Source: Escherichia phage AV104
Reading direction: 5' to 3' (one strand)
Sequence record: OR352935.1
Length of the DNA stretch: 43,102 nt
Shown here: one piece after another, positions 9,116 to 18,863 of the stretch
How the letters are laid out: the number at the start of each line of letters is the position of its first letter
Position numbering within the stretch: the first letter of the stretch is position 1
The notes under the pieces: model-generated
The model's input: the letters and a program-made list of their open reading frames with translations, nothing else
Database searches by the model: none
Told to the model about the DNA's origin: nothing
Position numbers and translations under genes: made by a program

Positions 9116-9474
9116 TGAGCACCGCTTTCAGTAAACGTATGCAAGGCGTTGGTACACGCCTTCTAACCAAATTCGGTAGCACGGTATCTCTGATTCGCGC
9201 TGGCTCGAAAGTGTGGGATGAAGTTCTCGGTGAGTACGTCTGGTCTGCGGATGAAGTGTTGCCGTTGAAAGCGGTTCCGGTTCCGGTAAACGCGGGGCTG
9301 GTTAACGGTACGACGATTCGGGCCGGCGACATGATTGTTAAAGCGGATTGTAGTGTCGTACCGAAGATGGAAGACAAGGTACAATTCAGCGGCGAGCAAT
9401 GGTCTGTCGTAGCTATCGAGAAGAAGATGGTTAACGATGATGTCGTGGCCTACTTTATCCAGGTGAGAAAATGA
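9115..9474 (+). CDS. head-tail joining / head closure protein (putative)
   Basis: ATG at 9115 overlaps the upstream stop (TAATG) with GGAGG RBS; synteny. Confidence 0.4.
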   Translation: MSTAFSKRMQGVGTRLLTKFGSTVSLIRAGSKVWDEVLGEYVWSADEVLPLKAVPVPVNAGLVNGTTIRAGDMIVKADCSVVPKMEDKVQFSGEQWSVVAIEKKMVNDDVVAYFIQVRK

Positions 9475-9866
9475 GTTTCGCGCTCGATGTCTCTAAGTTC
9501 GTGGAAAAGGCGAAGAAGAACCCCGAGAAGGTGATGCGTCAGGTGTCTATCAAGTTGTTTTCCGCTATTATAAAGGCGAGTCCGGTAGATACTGGCCGCT
9601 TTCGTATGAACTGGATGGCGTCTGGCGGTACTCCTGCTTCCGGGGTTACAGATGCTACCGATAAATCAGGGAACACCGCAACCGGAAACGCTACAAGTTT
9701 CGTACTGAAAGCCGCCGACTGGCGCGAGTTCACGCTGACAAATAATCTACCGTATGCGCAACGGCTGGAGTATGGTTGGTCGCAGCAAGCGCCACAAGGA
9801 TTTGTCCGGGTGAATGTGTCTCGCTTTCAGCAACTCATTAACGAAGAAGCCAATAAGGTGAAATGA
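9471..9866 (+). CDS. neck / tail completion protein (putative)
   Basis: 131 aa, ATGA coupling to the upstream gene; synteny. Confidence 0.4.
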   Translation: MSFALDVSKFVEKAKKNPEKVMRQVSIKLFSAIIKASPVDTGRFRMNWMASGGTPASGVTDATDKSGNTATGNATSFVLKAADWREFTLTNNLPYAQRLEYGWSQQAPQGFVRVNVSRFQQLINEEANKVK

Positions 9867-10279
9867 TGGGCTACTTTGAGGACTTAACCAAAGCGTTTGA
9901 CGTGCCGCTGGTAGCCTTTGGAACCACAAACGGCATCAAGGTTGCGCTTGAAAATATCGACGCGCCGACGTCAACAGATACGCCGTATCTGGCAAGTTAC
10001 ATGTTACTTGCGGACACCGAGCAGGCGGATTTGTTCTTCACGGAACAACGCTCTGGTATTTATCAGGTTGACATTAACTACGCATCGGTGAAAGGTAGCG
10101 CGCCAATCAATAAAATGGCAGACTTACTTAACACGGCGTTTAAAGCAGGTAAGTCATTTTCACGTAACGACATCTGCGCCGAGGTTCAATCGGTTAGCCT
10201 GGGGCCGCTGATTGTAGAAAACGGATGGGCCAAACGGCCATTGTCAATTAACTTTATCGCATTCACCAAGAGGCTGTGA
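9863..10279 (+). CDS. tail terminator protein (putative)
   Basis: 138 aa, ATGA coupling; directly upstream of the putative major tail protein. Confidence 0.4.
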   Translation: MMGYFEDLTKAFDVPLVAFGTTNGIKVALENIDAPTSTDTPYLASYMLLADTEQADLFFTEQRSGIYQVDINYASVKGSAPINKMADLLNTAFKAGKSFSRNDICAEVQSVSLGPLIVENGWAKRPLSINFIAFTKRL

Positions 10280-10281
10280 AT

Positions 10282-11448
10282 ATGGCTACAACTCCTTTTA
10301 AGGGCGCGAATACCGCGCAATTCTATGTGGCGGAAGTGACCCCGGGCGTAACACCAAGTAACCCGGTCTGGTCGCCGTTGCGAAACACCGGCGGCGTTCC
10401 TGCAGTAACCCGCGACGCGCTGACCTCCAACGAACTGGACGGCAGCCGTGAAACCACATCCATCCGCACCGGTAACAAGCAGGTTAGTGGTGAGTACGCA
10501 ATCGAACTTAGCTCCCGTAGCCAGGATGATTTCCTTGCGGGTGCTATGACTTCTACGTGGCAGGATGGGGTAGAGATTACGGGCGCCGAAATTACGGTCG
10601 CCCCAGCAGGTAAAACATTCACCCGCGCTGCCGGTAGCTTCATTACTGACGGTGTAGAAGTTGGCGACCTGATTGCGTTCACCGACTTAACCGGCGACAA
10701 CGCAAAACCGTTTATTGTGACCGCGGTCGATGCGCTCGTAGTAACTGGCGCAGGTATTCAGCACACGCTGACGGCAGAGACTGTAACCACCGACGCTAAA
10801 ACTGGCGACAAGCTGGAAACCGGTAACGCGTGTAAGACGTTCTCCATCCTGACGTGGTTCAAAGGACAGTGCGGGAACCCTGACGCGTACATGTTGACCA
10901 AAGGCGTGGAAATCTCCGGTTTCACCATTGAACAGGCCGTAAACGCGATGGTGACAGGCAGCTTCCCGTTCATCGGTCTAAGTCAGGAAATTCTTTCCGG
11001 CCCGCCGACAGGTTCCGACTTCTCTCAGGTCACATTCACTGACGAGCCGTTCTCGTCTGTAGATGTGTCGGTGTTCGATGGGTCCACGCCGTTGCGTTGC
11101 GATACTCTGACCATCACCAACGACAACGGTGCTTCCGCGCAGTTCGAACTCGGCAACAGTAGCGTTGCGTTCGTGGAACGTGGTCGCGCGGCGAATACCT
11201 TCTCCATCTCCGGCAAGCTGTACGACATGGCGATGATTCAGAAGTTTATCAACGAGCAGCAGGTAGAGATTAACTCTATTCTGGCGGGGGTAAACGGGGT
11301 TATGTCTTTCAGCCTGAAACGCGCAGAGCTTACGGCGGTTACGCCAGAAATATCAGGCCCAGAATCAATTACGCAAAGCATAGAAGGACAGTCCACAGGC
11401 AATCAATATCAATCTTCTATTGTTATCCAGCGCATCACCTACGCATAA
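10282..11448 (+). CDS. major tail protein (putative)
   Basis: about 388 aa Thr/Gly/Val-rich protein after the neck genes, followed by a strong terminator; ATG at 10282 with AAGAGG RBS. Confidence 0.55.
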   Translation: MATTPFKGANTAQFYVAEVTPGVTPSNPVWSPLRNTGGVPAVTRDALTSNELDGSRETTSIRTGNKQVSGEYAIELSSRSQDDFLAGAMTSTWQDGVEITGAEITVAPAGKTFTRAAGSFITDGVEVGDLIAFTDLTGDNAKPFIVTAVDALVVTGAGIQHTLTAETVTTDAKTGDKLETGNACKTFSILTWFKGQCGNPDAYMLTKGVEISGFTIEQAVNAMVTGSFPFIGLSQEILSGPPTGSDFSQVTFTDEPFSSVDVSVFDGSTPLRCDTLTITNDNGASAQFELGNSSVAFVERGRAANTFSISGKLYDMAMIQKFINEQQVEINSILAGVNGVMSFSLKRAELTAVTPEISGPESITQSIEGQSTGNQYQSSIVIQRITYA

Positions 11449-11452
11449 AACT

Positions 11453-11478
11453 AAGGCCCCTTTCGGGGCCTTTTTCTT
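11453..11478. terminator. bidirectional rho-independent terminator
   Basis: AAGGCCCC-TTTC-GGGGCCTT flanked by A-tract upstream and T-tract downstream. Confidence 0.65.
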
Positions 11479-11708
11479 TACTCATCAATGTTACTCCTGT
11501 ATTCCCGTAACTTCTCCAGACTTTCAATTGCTTCCGCCAAGTCGGTTCCGGTGTCCTTGTGCCCGCGAAGGCCCATACACAATAATTTCTTCAATGCGTG
11601 CTGTAACGCCGGGTCGCGGATGTCGAAAGCGCGGAGCACATCATAAACGTCTACAGTCATAGTGCTGCCGTGGATGTTTGTCATTGTGCGGTTGTATTTT
11701 GAAGTCAT
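11478..11708 (-). CDS. hypothetical protein
   Basis: 76 aa ORF, last gene of the reverse-strand island. Confidence 0.45.
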   Translation of the reverse strand: MTSKYNRTMTNIHGSTMTVDVYDVLRAFDIRDPALQHALKKLLCMGLRGHKDTGTDLAEAIESLEKLREYRSNIDE

Positions 11709-11721
11709 AAATCACTTTCCC

Positions 11722-12192
11722 CTACTCATGGTTTTCATGGAAACCGTATTTACTCTCCGCGGCTTTACGCGCGGCAACCGCTAGACCAAAATCGTCGTAA
11801 AGCCCTAAATGTACTTGTTTGTAGTTAACTTTTATAAACGCGCGCCACTTACCCGCGGCTTTGTGGAAACTTACACCTGTAGCCCCGGATTTATTTATCT
11901 TTCGCATAGTTTTATTTTTACTGTTCCCTGTATTGTCGGTGGCGCGTAGATTTTCTATTCTATTGTCTAGCCTGTTATGGTTTATGTGGTCTATTTGAGT
12001 TTTCCTGTCTAAGTTGCATTTATTATAAAGACACCATGCTATGCGGTGGACATACACTGTTTTACCACCCATACCGCAGCACAGATAGCCTCTTACACCA
12101 ACCGTACCAACCTCAGCGCCAGTAGATATCCTGGTCACCTGCCCCGTCTCAGGGCAGTATTTAAATTGTTTTGAAACATCAATATATCTCAT
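11722..12192 (-). CDS. HNH homing endonuclease with AP2 DNA-binding domain
   Basis: 156 aa; HNH_3-type motif (VHRIAW ... IDHINHNRLDNRIENLR) followed by AP2-like GVSFHK..GKWRAFI...LGLYDD. Confidence 0.7.
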   Translation of the reverse strand: MRYIDVSKQFKYCPETGQVTRISTGAEVGTVGVRGYLCCGMGGKTVYVHRIAWCLYNKCNLDRKTQIDHINHNRLDNRIENLRATDNTGNSKNKTMRKINKSGATGVSFHKAAGKWRAFIKVNYKQVHLGLYDDFGLAVAARKAAESKYGFHENHE

Positions 12193-13319
12193 CTTAGCAT
12201 CTCCGGTGAGATTGAAAGCCTACCTACTTCCCCGAACTCTGAACTATAGGTTATGACGTTAGCGGACCTCTTAGACATCCACCCGCCGCGAGAAGCATAT
12301 GCATCTTTCGCCGCGAGAGTGCGATGCTGCTCCACTACCATATTCCTACTTTCTACAATCTTTTGGTGGTGGAGATGCCCGACATGCGCATAACTGTACT
12401 CGCTTTCGCCAAATGCTTTTCTGAACTTAGCGATCATAATGGGTTCTACCACCTCAAACCGGCATTTATGTCCGTGTGTAAAGAACAGCGTCGTTTTGCC
12501 GTGTTGCACCATCTTATAAACATCCGGCGACGTATCGACGAACACACGAGGCTCGTTGTCGTACAGCGTACTGAACATCTCAGCCAACCAAATCATTCCG
12601 CTTTCGTCGTGGTTCCCTTGCACGATAAGCAAGCGAACATTTTTGTGTTTAACCAGCGCCATATCAACAACACGGCGGACCATACGAATCATGTAGCGTA
12701 CCAGTTTCTGGTAGCGAGTGTCTGCGTCCAACACATGGCGAGACTCAGGGGTGACGGCATCCAGACTATCGAAGTGCGCAAAATCCCCCAGAAGGTTAAT
12801 AACTCCTGTTCCCGCATCTGGCGCTTTCTGAAACGCCGCGTCGAACCAACGAGAGAACAGATCTTCCGCAATCTTCATATCCCAGTCGTCGCCGCTCTCG
12901 TCGGCCCAGGCCAGCATACCGAGATGAAAATCAGATACCGTGTAAAGATTGAGTAGCTTGTCGTCACGTTTGGCGCGAACGGCTTTAACAGGAGCAACGG
13001 GGGTAATCTCCGACTTCATCCCTTCGATTACGGCTTTCATCAACTCTACCTGACGTTCGGCGTCGGTATCAGTCTTAACCCATTGCAACTTAGTGTTGCC
13101 GAACTCGTCCACTAGTGACGATGTTCCTTTAATCTTGTAGCCGTCAGGAACAAGGTGGCTGACGTCGCGCCCGTGGCCTACGCCTTTCTTAGCCAGCTTC
13201 GCTTTACGGATGCGAATAACGCGGTCTGAGATGCCATATTTACGGGCGATGTCGATATTCTTCATACCGGCGTTCAATTCTTCCTGCAACTGTTCGTCGG
13301 TTATTTTCTTCCGGGCCAT
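12189..13319 (-). CDS. calcineurin-like metallophosphoesterase with N-terminal HTH
   Basis: 376 aa; phosphoesterase motifs D-x-H (SDFHLG), GD..D (GDFAHFD), GNHD, THGH, GHLHH; N-terminal HTH-like segment (IDIARKYGISDRVIRIRK). Confidence 0.7.
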   Translation of the reverse strand: MARKKITDEQLQEELNAGMKNIDIARKYGISDRVIRIRKAKLAKKGVGHGRDVSHLVPDGYKIKGTSSLVDEFGNTKLQWVKTDTDAERQVELMKAVIEGMKSEITPVAPVKAVRAKRDDKLLNLYTVSDFHLGMLAWADESGDDWDMKIAEDLFSRWFDAAFQKAPDAGTGVINLLGDFAHFDSLDAVTPESRHVLDADTRYQKLVRYMIRMVRRVVDMALVKHKNVRLLIVQGNHDESGMIWLAEMFSTLYDNEPRVFVDTSPDVYKMVQHGKTTLFFTHGHKCRFEVVEPIMIAKFRKAFGESEYSYAHVGHLHHQKIVESRNMVVEQHRTLAAKDAYASRGGWMSKRSANVITYSSEFGEVGRLSISPEMLR

Positions 13320-13383
13320 GCTTATTCCTCGTGCTTAGGATTTGTCCTATTTAACCACAGTGGATTCCTTTAAATAAAGGCAA

Positions 13384-13710
13384 CTATTTACTTTCTGCGC
13401 CTATCGCCCACCCTGTCATTACCATTTGCAGACGGGTGGCTGTCAGTAGGCTATAGAAAGCATCTCCGTTTTTCTCTACCGAACGTATCACTGTGTAGGT
13501 TACGGCCTGCGGGGGTAGGCCCGATTTACCAACCTCCACGGCGGCCTCACACTCGCGAACTGTAGAGTCCTTGAACGCCTTTACAATAGTAGGGTCGGCT
13601 TTCTCGAGCACACCAGAAGTCATAAGAACAGATTCACTAAATACCTGTTCGCACGGAGACCCAAAAGTAGCAAAAGACATAAAACCCAGAGCTAGTACTA
13701 ATTTACGCAT
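13384..13710 (-). CDS. small secreted protein (signal peptide)
   Basis: 108 aa; N-terminal MRKLVLALGFMSFATFG hydrophobic signal sequence; first gene of the reverse-strand island. Confidence 0.5.
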   Translation of the reverse strand: MRKLVLALGFMSFATFGSPCEQVFSESVLMTSGVLEKADPTIVKAFKDSTVRECEAAVEVGKSGLPPQAVTYTVIRSVEKNGDAFYSLLTATRLQMVMTGWAIGAESK

Positions 13711-13735
13711 AATTATTTCCTCAGTAAGTTACATG

Positions 13736-13768
13736 TGAATAGTACCCTATTATATTGGGGTGTGCAAG
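13736..13768 (-). promoter_or_regulatory. promoter of reverse island (TTGCAC-17-TACTAT containing TATAATAGGG motif)
   Basis: minus-strand reads CTTGCACACCCCAATATAATAGGGTACTATTCA, almost identical to the promoters at 36190 and 37632. Confidence 0.45.
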
Positions 13769-13874
13769 TAGTGTGCTAGAATAAGTTTGCGCCTAGTGTC
13801 GCACACGAAAAGCGGGTGGTTCCCGCCTGGCGCATTAACCATAACCAGTAACCTCTTAACCAAAGGACTAAAGA

Positions 13875-14291
13875 ATGAAACTTTCTGATTTCTATTTTGC
13901 CGACCGTCACGCCGCCGGTACTAAAATGCCTATCCTTCTGCCGAGCGGAAAAGACTCTGGCGAATGGCTGCAGGTCATTGGCCCCGATTGCGATGCGGGC
14001 GTTCGAGCAGGACGCGCCTACACAACGGCAATTCGACGCCTTACGGAAGAACTCGCGCCATTAGATAAAGAGTGCGAGGCATTGAATAACTGGGCGCGAT
14101 ATAACGATGAGAAGGGCTGGCGTGTGATGGACCTGAACAAGCAGCTTGCCGTGGAAATCGTCACCGGTTGGTCATTCGATGAGCCGTTCAGCAAAGAGGC
14201 GCTGGCTAACCTGTTCGACCAGTACAGTGGGCTGGCGGAGGCTGTAGTTAAGCACCACACCGATAGCCGCGAGAAACTCTCGGAAAAGTAA
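13875..14291 (+). CDS. tail assembly chaperone (gpG-like)
   Basis: 138 aa ORF directly upstream of the tape measure gene; -1 frame stays open past its stop. Confidence 0.55.
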   Translation: MKLSDFYFADRHAAGTKMPILLPSGKDSGEWLQVIGPDCDAGVRAGRAYTTAIRRLTEELAPLDKECEALNNWARYNDEKGWRVMDLNKQLAVEIVTGWSFDEPFSKEALANLFDQYSGLAEAVVKHHTDSREKLSEK

Positions 14292-14653
14292 AAGCGCTGT
14301 ATGAATTTGCGCAATGGTGCTTTGTCGACCGCCACAAACGTAAGCAATTCGACGACATCGCGGCGGGCCACCAGGCGGCTTTGATTGCAATGGGCGTGAT
14401 TAAAGAACCGCAGATGAAAGAAGCGACGGGGCCGGAATGCCCCGTTTCTCTTATCGACGTGTTCGAGAAATACCGTGCCATTAAATTCCTACAGCGCGAA
14501 ACAGATGATACTATCGTTATAATCCCGCGCGATGCGCTCAAATGGCAAGATTTGGTAGCGTTTCGTGATGTCGCCGGTTACGGCATAAGTTTGTTCGAAG
14601 CCGAGGTTATCATGGGCTTAGACGGAATATTTGAGGGCAGAGAAGATGGCTGA
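14282..14653 (+). CDS. tail assembly chaperone frameshift extension (gpT-like segment)
   Basis: -1 frame open from 14267 to 14653, overlapping the G stop; putative slip site GAA-AAG-TAA at 14283-14291. Confidence 0.4.
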   Translation, partial: GKVKALYEFAQWCFVDRHKRKQFDDIAAGHQAALIAMGVIKEPQMKEATGPECPVSLIDVFEKYRAIKFLQRETDDTIVIIPRDALKWQDLVAFRDVAGYGISLFEAEVIMGLDGIFEGREDG

Positions 14654-16955
14654 TACGGCTTCCCTAATTGCCAGAGTAAAAACAGAAGGCGCTGATGTAG
14701 CCGCTAAACAGCTTGACGCTATGGCGGCATCCGCAGACCGTGCGGACACATCCGTAAACAAACTAACGCCGGATGTTAATAAAGTAAACTCCGCTACGTC
14801 TAAAGCGGCTTCTGACGGTTTCGCTAAATTCCGTAACGCCGCCGGGCAGGTAGGCTTCCAGGTGCAGGACATGGTCGTCCAGTTGCAGTCCGGCACGTCT
14901 GCATTCGTAGCAATCGGGCAACAAGGCTCTCAGCTTGCGGGTGCTTTCGGCCCTGGTGGCGCGGTGCTTGGGGCTGTAATTGCTCTCGCATCAGCAATTG
15001 GCGGTGTCCTGTATAAATCACTAACGGAGGCCGAAGGTAGCTCAAAAGACCTCGAGGCCGCGCAAAAGCAGTTAAAAGACACCTTCCAACAAACGGCATC
15101 CGGCTCTCTCGAACTGACAGACGGCCTTATCCAGCTTACCCAAATAAGCCGAGAAGCGGCGGAGACTCAACTTGCTTTGGCTAAGGCTAACGCGGACCTT
15201 ATCGCACAGCAAACAGCTAAAGCTGTTCGTGAGGACGCAGAATCATGGGAGACATGGAAGGCATCCACAGCATCAGCTATCAGCCAGTACGATGCATTGG
15301 TCTCTAAAGGTGCGGATGTAGGCGACACGTTAGAAAAACTCGGTGGCACTTACGAGGGTAACATCGTAGGCGTCAACATGCTGGCGCAGAATATCGCAGA
15401 GCTTAGCAGTAAGTTTGGGGTTAACCGTGACCAGGCGCTGGAGATGATAGCGGCGCAGAGTGCGTTTAACAAAGAGCCAACCGCCGAGAATGCCCGTCGC
15501 ATCGCCGATGTGTTTACCGACTGGCTCGGTAATACAAAACAGTTGAACCCGGAACTTATCCGCCTGACCGACAATGCCAACAAGAACGCCACGGCACTGG
15601 AGAACGCGGAGAAGTCCGCAAACGCGGCGGCGGAGGCCCAAAAGAATCTTGGTCGTAACGTCAACTCAACAACGCAGAGATTCCAGGAACAGAACGAAGC
15701 TATCGTCAAAAACCAGCAAATCGCTATCTTAAGTGACCGCGAGCGTATCCGTGCGCAAGCTGAACTGGATAAGCAGGCGTTCGCTAAACGTGAAGCTGTC
15801 ACCAAAGAACAGATCGCCGCGTATAATGCTGCGCGTGACACGGAAGCACAACAAGACATCGCTCGCATCGACGCTACCGAAAAAGCGAAGGCCGACCGCG
15901 AGGCCAAATCGAACGAGAAACGGCTGGCGGCACAAGCCAAACGCGAAGAAACGGCGGCTGAACGACAGAAAAAAGCGGCGGAAGATTTCCTGGCTACTGT
16001 CGACCGCACAACCGGAGATGAGATTTCGCGCATTACCGCTGCGGAAGAGCAGAAACTGGCAAAACTGGAAGAGTTTAACAGAGCTGGGACTATAAGCCAG
16101 CAGCAATACGAAAACGCCAGGACGCAGATTATGCTCTCGGCCGAACAGGCCCGCCAGGAAGAACTCGCCAAGCGAGAGAAAGAACGACAGGAGAAGAACC
16201 AGAAAGGCGAAGACTTCATGGCTCAGATTATGGGCCAAAACGCCGCTGAGCTTGAGCTTCTGGAGATTCAGGAGCAACAAAAACTGGACGTTGCTGACAG
16301 GTATCGCGAACAGAATCTGATTAACGAAGAACAGTACCAGGCCGCGGTTAATGCTATAAATGACCAGTACGCGTTAAAACGTGCTAACGCAACGGGTAAC
16401 GCTTTTGGCATGATGGCGGATAATATTAAATCGTCGCTTGGCGAAGCGTCTACTGCGTACAAAGCTTTCGCTATTGCGCAGGCCACTATTGCCACATACA
16501 CCTCCGCTATAGAGGCTTATAAATCTGCATCGGCTATCCCTATTGTTGGATGGGTGCTCGGGCCTGTAGCCGCCGCCGCCGCCGTAGCCGCGGGGCTCGC
16601 AAACATTGGCAAAATTCGTTCGGCCCGTGAGCAGGGCGGTAACTTAGCTGCAGGTCAGTTATCTACTATCGCGGAACGTAACAAGCCAGAAGTTATTATG
16701 CCTGCAGGGGCGTCACGCGTCCGTACCGCAGAACAGATGCGCCAGATTATGGGCGAGAACGGCAACAAGTCAGGCGGTGACAGCGTTACAATCGTCAACA
16801 ACACCACCGGACGTGTTGATTCCGCCGTTACAGAGCGTGACGACGAAGGGCGGTTACGTGTTATCATCAGCGAAACAGTATCGGCGGCGTTACAAGACAG
16901 CAACAGTGCAATCTCTAAGTCACGCCGTGCTACACGAAACCAGCCGGGGTATTAA
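14646..16955 (+). CDS. tail tape measure protein
   Basis: about 770 aa, Ala/Gln/Glu/Lys-rich coiled-coil with hydrophobic segments near the C-terminus; downstream of G/T chaperones; ATG at 14646 with GAGG RBS. Confidence 0.8.
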   Translation: MADTASLIARVKTEGADVAAKQLDAMAASADRADTSVNKLTPDVNKVNSATSKAASDGFAKFRNAAGQVGFQVQDMVVQLQSGTSAFVAIGQQGSQLAGAFGPGGAVLGAVIALASAIGGVLYKSLTEAEGSSKDLEAAQKQLKDTFQQTASGSLELTDGLIQLTQISREAAETQLALAKANADLIAQQTAKAVREDAESWETWKASTASAISQYDALVSKGADVGDTLEKLGGTYEGNIVGVNMLAQNIAELSSKFGVNRDQALEMIAAQSAFNKEPTAENARRIADVFTDWLGNTKQLNPELIRLTDNANKNATALENAEKSANAAAEAQKNLGRNVNSTTQRFQEQNEAIVKNQQIAILSDRERIRAQAELDKQAFAKREAVTKEQIAAYNAARDTEAQQDIARIDATEKAKADREAKSNEKRLAAQAKREETAAERQKKAAEDFLATVDRTTGDEISRITAAEEQKLAKLEEFNRAGTISQQQYENARTQIMLSAEQARQEELAKREKERQEKNQKGEDFMAQIMGQNAAELELLEIQEQQKLDVADRYREQNLINEEQYQAAVNAINDQYALKRANATGNAFGMMADNIKSSLGEASTAYKAFAIAQATIATYTSAIEAYKSASAIPIVGWVLGPVAAAAAVAAGLANIGKIRSAREQGGNLAAGQLSTIAERNKPEVIMPAGASRVRTAEQMRQIMGENGNKSGGDSVTIVNNTTGRVDSAVTERDDEGRLRVIISETVSAALQDSNSAISKSRRATRNQPGY

Positions 16956-16958
16956 CCA

Positions 16959-18344
16959 ATGAGTGATTTGAGATTCCCTATGTCCCTTCGACCTATAGTG
17001 TCGAAGGGGTACTCCCAAACGCGAGGAAGTAATATCTGGCGTACAGAAGTTCAGGGCGGTGTGCCTCGTCAGGGGCGTGATACATACTTTGAGCCGGTGC
17101 CGATTAGCGTTACCCTGGTTGTGTCGTCACTAGGCCGCCAGGCTTTCTATAGCTTTCTGAATAACATAGACGGCGGGGCGTCTTCGTTCATCATGCCTCA
17201 CGATACCGGTTTAGGTATCGAGGACCACCATGTACTCATCACATCGACGATTAGTGACAGCACCGACGACGGCAAGAACTGGGTAATCACGTTCACTGCT
17301 ACGGCAGAGAGAACAGCGATTCAGGAAGATACATGCTTTACGAAGAATCTGCCAGATTTGTTCGGTTGCTACGGCGATTATTTAGGTAGTTTTCTGAAAA
17401 TATACGCGAACTATCAGACGACGTTCCCACGCATCTGGAGCAATGAAGGGCCCGCCGGATACCCGCCGATTAACCTTCTGGCGTCGACTCTTGATAGCCG
17501 CATTGTGTACGACGGGCCACAGGTTTATTACATCAACCGAAACGGTAATCTTGTGCAGTCCGCCGTAAATGAATGGCCCCTTACGTTTATTGATGGGGTT
17601 GCTGTCGGACGTGTTCCCCCTGAAGCCGCATCTGAAAACATAATAATTGAATCTTCAGACATTACCGATGCATCGTGGACCAAGCAGAGGACAACATCCA
17701 GTTACGACGGGAGCTTGGCTTCATCTTTCGCTATTACCCCAAATGAGGACACAGGGGTACACACAGTTAGCCAGACCGTTTCCGCACAGATTTTAGAAGG
17801 TGAAAAATACACATTCAGTGTATTTTTTAAGGCGAATGGGTATGATTTCGCCAGACTCCGCGCGGCAAATCAGGACACTACGCACATCTCTTCCGCGATA
17901 GTAGACCTTACATCCGGGGCCATTGTAGCTGGCGAAGCATACTCCACAATAACATCTATAGGAGGCGGATGGTATCGGGCTACTGAAACAGTAACTGGTC
18001 CGTCGGGTGGGTTCAGTGGCTTAAATCTGGCGGTATGGGTTTACCAAACAGCGACCGTATCATCGTTTGCTGGCGATGGTGTAAGCGGCATCATCGTGTC
18101 CTCACCTCAAATAGAAAAAGGCGAGTTCTCCACATCGCCAATAGTAACCGATGCGTCACCGGTAGCAAGACCTATGGCATCGGCAAAAGTAATCATGAAC
18201 GGCGCAACAAGCATCGACATTACCTACTCTGACGGCTCCATGGTGAACGTTCCGGCGGTTGGAGATTACGCTACCATCCCCCAAGCGGATTCTGCGTGGG
18301 GTAGTAAATATATCACTCGTATTGATTTTAATGTGGACGGTTAA
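16959..18344 (+). CDS. minor tail protein (gpM-like N-terminus with C-terminal extension)
   Basis: 461 aa; position right after tape measure; much longer than a typical gpM. Confidence 0.45.
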   Translation: MSDLRFPMSLRPIVSKGYSQTRGSNIWRTEVQGGVPRQGRDTYFEPVPISVTLVVSSLGRQAFYSFLNNIDGGASSFIMPHDTGLGIEDHHVLITSTISDSTDDGKNWVITFTATAERTAIQEDTCFTKNLPDLFGCYGDYLGSFLKIYANYQTTFPRIWSNEGPAGYPPINLLASTLDSRIVYDGPQVYYINRNGNLVQSAVNEWPLTFIDGVAVGRVPPEAASENIIIESSDITDASWTKQRTTSSYDGSLASSFAITPNEDTGVHTVSQTVSAQILEGEKYTFSVFFKANGYDFARLRAANQDTTHISSAIVDLTSGAIVAGEAYSTITSIGGGWYRATETVTGPSGGFSGLNLAVWVYQTATVSSFAGDGVSGIIVSSPQIEKGEFSTSPIVTDASPVARPMASAKVIMNGATSIDITYSDGSMVNVPAVGDYATIPQADSAWGSKYITRIDFNVDG

Positions 18345-18347
18345 CTT

Positions 18348-18863
18348 ATGAGCCAGGAATCAGTAGAAGCAGCCTATCGCCGTAAGCTGGCCTCAAACCC
18401 AGACGGCGAGATGGATTACATCACATTGCAAATCAGCCACCCGTTGCTGTCGAAGACGTATTATCTTGTGCGCGGAACTTCCGACCTGACGGCGACGTTA
18501 GAGACAGGAGAAGTCGTAACGTTTGAGGCTACCCCTATGGAGGCTAAAGGGGCCGCCAACAATAACGACATGGACCAGCGGGCGTCGTTCGCATTACCTG
18601 ATATTGGCAACCAGTTAGACGATGAGATGGACAGGATACCGCCCGATAATACCGTGCTACCTAAATTCATATTCCGCCGTTTTGTTAGTACTGATTTGTC
18701 TTCTCCGGCTGATGGGCCAGTTGTATACGAGTTGCAGTCGATAAACCAGGAAAAGGGGATATTCACAGCTGACGTCGGCGTCCCTATGTTGAACCAAAGA
18801 GCCACCGGTGAACTAATGACCCCTTCGGTAATCCCATTGTTACGTGGTGTTTTGTCTACATGA
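18348..18863 (+). CDS. minor tail protein (gpL-like)
   Basis: 171 aa; synteny between M-like and K-like genes. Confidence 0.45.
   Translation: MSQESVEAAYRRKLASNPDGEMDYITLQISHPLLSKTYYLVRGTSDLTATLETGEVVTFEATPMEAKGAANNNDMDQRASFALPDIGNQLDDEMDRIPPDNTVLPKFIFRRFVSTDLSSPADGPVVYELQSINQEKGIFTADVGVPMLNQRATGELMTPSVIPLLRGVLST

Noticed and set aside
12324-12956. 210-aa plus-strand ORF overlapping the metallophosphoesterase gene
   Set aside because: The minus-strand frame carries the full set of phosphoesterase motifs and an HTH; the plus-strand product has no recognisable features
15350-16280. Long antisense ORFs (289 and 183 aa) inside the tape measure gene
   Set aside because: They lie opposite a well-supported Ala/Glu/Lys-rich coding frame; the antisense of such composition is stop-poor and yields Ser/Ala/Cys-rich nonsense proteins; no RBS
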